A stretch of DNA of 64,000 bases from Eledone cirrhosa. Taxonomy: Eukaryota. Shown piece after piece: positions 57,501-64,000 of this stretch. The stretch covers positions 22,072,001-22,136,000 of the forward strand of contig OZ024753.1 of assembly GCA_964016885.1 (NCBI GenBank), read 5' to 3'. The first letter of the stretch is position 1, and each line of letters starts with the position of its first letter. Under the pieces are notes generated by a model. The model saw only the letters and a program-made list of their open reading frames with translations, searched no databases and was not told the origin of the DNA. Made by a program: the position numbers and the translations under genes.

Positions 57501-60500
57501 GAACGTTAGATTGAATGGTAGTTGTTAGAACGTCAGATAGAATGGTAGAGTGGTTGGAACGTCAGATAGAATGCTAGAGTCTTTTGAACGTCAGATATAA
57601 TGGAAGAATGGTTAGAACTTCGGATAGAATGGTAGAGTTGTTAGAATGTAGGATAGAATGGTAGAGTCGTTAGAACGTCAGATAGAATGGTAGAGTGGTA
57701 AGAACGTCAGATAGAATGGTAGAATGGTTAGAACGTCAGATAGAATAGTAGAGTGGTTAGAACGTCAGATAGAATGGTAGAATGGTTGGAACCTCTGATA
57801 GAATGATAGAGTGGTTAGAACGTTAGATAGAATGGTAGAATGGTTAGAACGTCGGATAGAATGGTAGTGGTTAGAATGTCAGATAGAATGGTAGAGTGGT
57901 TAGAATGTCAGATAGAATGGTAGAGTGGTTAGAACGTCAGATACATTGTTAGAGTGGTTAGAATGTCAAATAGAATGGTAGAATTGTTAGAACGTCGGAT
58001 AGAAAGGTAGACTGGTTAGAACATCAGATAGAGTGGTTAGAACGTCAGATAGAATGGAAGAGTGGTTGGAACGTCTGATAGAATGGTAGAGTGGTTAGAA
58101 CGTCAGAGAGAATGGTAGAGTGGTTAGAACGTCTGATAGAATGGTAGAGTGGTTAGAACGTCAGATAGAATGGTAGAGTGGTTAGAACTTCTGATAGAAT
58201 GGTAGAGTGGTTAGAACGTCAGATAGAATGGTAGAGTGGTTGGAACGTCTGATAGAATGGTAGAGTGGTTAGAACGTCAGATAGAATGGTAGAGTAGTTA
58301 GAACGTCTGATAGAATGGTAGAGTGGTTATAACGTCAGATAGAATGGTAGAGTGGTTAGAACGTCTGATAGAATGGTAGAGTGGTTAGAACGTCAGATAG
58401 AATGGTAGGGTGGTTACAACGTCAGCTAGAATGGTAGAGAGGTTAGAACGTCATATAGAATGGTACAGTGGTTATAAAGCCAGAGAGAATGGCAGAGTGG
58501 TTAGAACGATCGATAGAATGGTAGAGTGGTTAGAACGTCAGATATTATGGGAGAGTGGTTAGAACGTCAGCTAGAATGGTAGAGAGGTTAGAATGTCATA
58601 TAGAATGGTGGAGTATTTAGAACGTCGGATAGAATGGAAGAGTCATTAGAACGTGTGATAGAATGGTAGAGGTTAGAACGTCTCATAGAATGGTAAAGTG
58701 ATTAGTACGTCAGATAGAATGGTAGTGTGCTTAGAACGTCAGATAGAATGGTAGAGTGGTTAGAACGTCAGATAGAATGGAAGAGTGGTTGGAACGTCTG
58801 ATAGAATGGTAGAGTGGTTAGAACGTCAGAGAGAATGGTAGAGTGGTTAGAACGTCTGATACAATGAAAGGGTGGTTATAACGTCCGATAGAATGGTAGA
58901 GGGGTTAGAACGTCAGATAGAATCGTAGAATGTTTAGAACGTCAAATAGAATGGTAGTGGTTAGAACGTCAGATAGAATGGTAGAGTGGTTAGAATGTCC
59001 GATAGAATGGTAGAGTGGTTGGAACGTCTGATAGAATGGTAGAATTGTTAGAACGTCAGATATAATGGAAGAATGGATAGAACGTCGGATAGAATGGTAG
59101 AGTGGTTAGAACGTCAGATAGAATGGTAGTGGTTAGAACGTCAGATAGAATGGTAGAGTGGTTAGAATGTCAGATAGAATGGTAGAGTGGTTAGAACGTC
59201 AAATACAATGTTAGAGTGGTTAGAATGTCAAATAGAATGGTAGAATGGTTAGAACGTCGGATAGAAAGGTAGACTGGTTAGAACATCAGATAGAGTGGTT
59301 AGAACGTCAGATAGAATGGTAGAGTTGTTAGAATATCAGATAGAATGGTGGAGTAGTTAGAACGTCAGAGAGAATGGCTAGAATGTCTGATAGAATGGTA
59401 GAGTTATTAGAACGTCGGATAGAATGGTACACTGGTTAGAACGTCAAATAGAATGTTAGAGTGGTTAGAACGTCAGATAGAATGGTAGAGTGGTTAGAAC
59501 GTCTGATAGAATGGTAGAATGGTTAGAACAACTTATATAATGGAAGAATGGTTAGAACGTCAGATAGAATGTTAGAGTGGTTAGAACATCTGATAGAATG
59601 GTAAAGTGGTTAGAACGTCTGATTGAATGGTAGAGTGGTTAGAACGTCTGATAGAATGGTAGAGTCGTTAGAACTTCATATAGAATGGTGGCGGTTAGTA
59701 CGTCGGATAGAATGGTAGAATTGTTAGAACGTCGGATAGAAAGGTAGACTGGTTAGAACATCAGATAGAGTGGTTAGAACGTCAGATAGAATGATAGAGT
59801 TGTTAGAACCTCCGATAGAATGGTAGAGTGGTTAGAACGTCAGATAGAATGGTAGAATGGTTAGGACGTCGGATAGAATGGTAGAGTGGTTAGAACGTAA
59901 GATAGAATGGTAGAATGGTTAGCACGTCGGATAGAATGGTAGTGGTTAGAACGTCAGATAGAATGGTAGAGTGGTTAGAATGTCAGATAGAATGGTAGAG
60001 TGGTTAGAACGTCGGATATAAAGGTAGACTGGTTATAACATCAGATAGAGTGGTTAGAACGTCAGATAGAATGGTAGAGTTGTTAGAATATCAGATAGAA
60101 TGGTGGAGTAGTTAGAACGTCAGATAGAATGGTAGAGTGGTTAGAACGTCTGATAGAATGGTAGAATGGTTAGAACAACTTATATAATGGTAGAATGGTT
60201 AGAACGTCAGATAGAATGGTAGAGTGGTTAGAACATCTGATAGAATGGTAAAGTGGTTAGAACGTCAGATAGAATGGTAGAATGGTTAGGACGTCGGATA
60301 GAATGATAGAGTGGTTAGAACGTCATATAGAATGGTGGCGGTTAGAACGTCGGATAGAATGGTAGGGTGGTTGGAACGTCTGATAGAATGGTAGAATTGT
60401 TAGAACGTCGGATAGGAAGGTAGACTGGTTAGAACATCACATAGAGTGGTTAGAACGTCAGATAGAATGATAGAGTTGTTAGAACCTCCGATAGAATGGT

Positions 60501-63500
60501 AGAGTGGTTAGAACGTCAGATAGAATGGTAGAATGGTTAGGACGTCGGATAGAATGATAGAGTGGTTAGAACGTCAGATATAATCGTAGAGTGGTTAGAA
60601 TGTCAGATAGAATGTTAGAGTGGTTAGAATGTCAGATAGAATGGTAGATTAGTTAGAACATCAGATAGAGTGGTTAGAACGTCAAATAGAATGCTAGAGT
60701 GGTTAGAACGTCAGATAGAATGGTAGAATGGTTATAACGTCAGATAGAATGGTAGAGTGGTTAGAACGTAAGATAGAATGGTAGAATGGTTGGAACGTCT
60801 TATAGAATGGTAGAGTGGTTAGAACGTCAGATAGAATGGTAGAATGGTTAGCACGTCGGATAGAATGGTTGTGGTTAGAACGTCAGATAGAATGGAAGAA
60901 TGGTTAGAATGTCAGATAGAATGGTAGAGTGGTTAGAACGTCAGATAGAATGTTAGAGTGGTTAGAATGTCAGATAGAATGGTAGAATGGTTGGAACGTC
61001 TGATAGAATGGTAGAGTGGTTAGAACGTCAGATAGAATGGTAGAATGGTTAGGCCGTCGGATAGAATGATATATTGGTTAGAACCTCATTTATAATCGTA
61101 GAGTGGTTAGAATGTCAGATAAAATGGTAGAGTGGTTAGAACGTCAGATAGAATGTTAGAGTGATTAGAATGTCAAATAGAATGGTAGAGTGGTTAGGAC
61201 GTCAGATTGAATGGTAGAGTTGTTAGAATATCAGATAGAATGGTAGAGGTTAGAACGTCTCATAGAATGGTAAAGTGGTTAGTACGTCAGATAGAATGGT
61301 AGAGTGGTTAGAACGTCTGGTACAATGATAGAGTGGTTTTAACGTCAGATAGAATGATAGAGTGGTTACGACGTCTGATAGAATGCTAGTGGTTAGAACG
61401 TCAGATAGAATGGTAGAGTGGTTAGAACGTCAGATAGATTGGTAGAGTGGTTAGAACGTCCGATAGAATGGTAGAGGGGTTAGAACGTCAGATAGAATCG
61501 TAGAATGTTTAGAACGTCGGATAGAATGGTAGAGTGGTTGGAACGTCTGATAGAATGGTAGAGTTGTTGGAACGTCTGATAGAATGGTAGAATTGTTAGA
61601 ACGTCAGATATAATGGAAGAATGGTTAGAACATCGGATAGAATGGTAGAGTGGTTAGAACGTCAGATAGAATGGTAGAATGTTTAGAACGTCAAATAGAA
61701 TGGTAGTGGTTAGAACGTCAGAGAGAATGGTAGAGTGGTTAGAATGTCAGATAGAATGGTAGAGTGGTTAGAACGTCAGATACAATGTTAGAGTGGTTAG
61801 AATGTCAAATAGAATGGTAGAATGTTTAGAACGTCGGATAGAAAGGTAGACTGGTTAGAACATCAGATAGAGTGGTTAGAACGTCAGATAGAATGGTAGA
61901 GTTGTTAGAATATCAGATAGAATGGTGGAGTAGTTAGAACGTCAGAGAGAATGGCTAGAACGTCTGATAGAATGGTAGAGTTATTAGAACGTCGGATAGA
62001 ATGGTAGACTGGTTAGAACGCAAAATAGAATGGTAGAGTGGTTAGAACGTCAGATAGAATGGTAGAGTGGTTAGAACGTCTGATAGAATGGTAGAATGGT
62101 TAGAACAACTTATATAATGGAAGAATGGTTAGAATGTCAGATAGAATGGTAGAGTGGTAAGAACATCTGATAGAATGGTAAAGTGGTTAGAACGTCTGAT
62201 TGAATGGTAGAGTGGTTAGAACGTCTGATAGAATGGTAGAGTGGTTAGAACGTCATATAGAATGGTGGCGGTTAGAACGTCGGATAGAATGGTAGGGTGG
62301 TTGGAACGTCTGTTAGAATGGTAGAATTGTTAGAACGTCGGATATAAAGGTAGACTGGTTAGAACATCAGATAGAGTGGTTAGAACGTCAGATAGAATGA
62401 TAGAGTTATTAGAACGTCCGATAGAATGGTAGAGTGGTTAGAACGTCAGATAGAATGGTAGAATGGTTAGGACGTCGGATAGAATGATAGAGTAGTTAGA
62501 ACCTCAGATATAATGGAAGAATGGTTAGAATGTCAGATAGAATGGTAGAGTGGTTAGAACGTCAGATAGAATGTTAGAGTGGTTAGAATGTCAGATAGAA
62601 TGGTAGAATGGTTGGAACGTCTTATAGAATGGTAGAGTGGTTAGAACGTCAGATGGAATGGTAGAATGGTTAGGACGTCGTATAGAATGATAGAGTGGTT
62701 AGAACCTCAGATATAATCGTAGAGTGGTTAGAATGTCAGATAGAATGGTAGAGTGGTTAGAACGTCAGATAGAATGTTAGAGTGGTTAGAATGTCAGATA
62801 GAATGGTAGAGTGGTTAGGACGTCAGATTGAATGGTAGAGTTGTTAGAATATCAGATAGAATGGTAGAGGTTAGAACGTCTCATAGAATGGTAAAGTGGT
62901 TAGTACGTCAGATAGAATGGTAGAGTGGTTAGGACGTCGGATAGAATGGTAGTGGTTAGAACGTCAGATAGAATGGTAGAGTGGTTAGAATTTTAGATAG
63001 AATGGTAGAGTGGTTAGAACGTCAGATAGAATGTTAGAGTGGTTAGAATGTCAAATAGAATGGTAGAATGGTTAGAACGTCGGATATAAAGGTAGACTGG
63101 TTATAACATGAGATAGAGTGGTTAGAACGTTAGATAGAATGGTAGAGTTGTTAGAATATCAGATAGAATGGTGGAGTAGTTAGAATATCAGATAGAATGG
63201 TAGAGGTTAGAACGTCTCATAGAATGGTAAAGTGGTTAGTACGTCAGATAGAATGGTAGAGTGGTTAGAACGTCAGATAGAATGATAGAATGGTTGGAAC
63301 GTGTTATAGAATGGTAGAGTGGTTAGAACGTCAGATAGAATGGTAGAATGGTTAGCACGTCGGATAGAATGGTAGTGGTTAGAACGTCAGATAGAATGGT
63401 AGAGTGGTTAGAATGTCAGATAGAATGGTAGAGTGGTTAGAACGTCGGATATAAAGGTAGACTGGTTATAACATCAGATAGAGAGGTTAGAACGTCAGAT

Positions 63501-64000
63501 AGAGTGGTAGAGTTGTTAGAATATCATATAGAATGGTGGAGTAGTTAGAACGTCAGAGAGAATGGCTAGAACGTCTGATAGAATGGTAGGGTTATTAGAA
63601 CGTCGGATAGAATGGTAGACTGGTTAGAACGTCAAATAGAATGGTAGAGTGGTTAGAACGTCAGATAGAATGGTAGAGTGGTTAGAACGTCTGATAGAAT
63701 GGTAGAATGTTTAGAACAACTTATATAATTGTAGAATGGTTAGAACGTCAGATAGAATGGTAGAGTGGTTAGAACATCTGAAAGAATGGTAAAGTGGCTA
63801 GAACGTCTGATTGAATGGTAGAGTGGTTAGAACGTCTGATAGAATGGTAGAGTGGTTAGAACGTCAGATAGAATGGTGGCGGTTAGAACGTCGGTTGAAT
63901 GGAAGAGTGGTTGGAACGTCTGATAGAATGGTAGAATTGTTAGAACGTCGGATAGAAAGGTAGACTGGTTAGAACGTGAAATAAAATGTTAGAATGGTAA
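51518..64000. repeat. Satellite array 3, 29-bp monomer (consensus GATAGAATGGTAGAGTGGTTAGAACGTCA), running off the right edge
   Basis: 29-bp period (e.g. 55321 to 55350). 27-bp (GGTAGTGG) and 21-bp deletion variants. Purine-rich + strand. Confidence 0.98.

Overview
This is eukaryotic, repeat-dominated DNA, most likely invertebrate heterochromatin; the organism cannot be assigned from this window. About 88% of it is three unrelated short-monomer satellite arrays: a 23-bp array (1-~37790), a 16-bp array (~44240-50942) and a 29-bp array (~51518-64000). There is no intact host gene, and nearly all listed ORFs are microsatellite or satellite artefacts. The informative part is a ~6.5-kb island (37.8-44.2 kb) built on (TA)n/(CA)n tracts. 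It holds: (i) a 259-bp-arm inverted repeat whose arms each carry a type I hammerhead ribozyme with a compensatory U3-A8 core; (ii) a rearranged Penelope-like retroelement (PLE) remnant, with consecutive pieces on opposite strands and its own minimal hammerhead; (iii) two more (TA)n-anchored fold-back duplications; (iv) a non-autonomous Helitron inserted into (AT)n. The 16-bp satellite switches strand at hairpin junctions, and the 23- and 29-bp arrays show kb-scale higher-order duplications. All structures and translations were read by eye; no searches were run.
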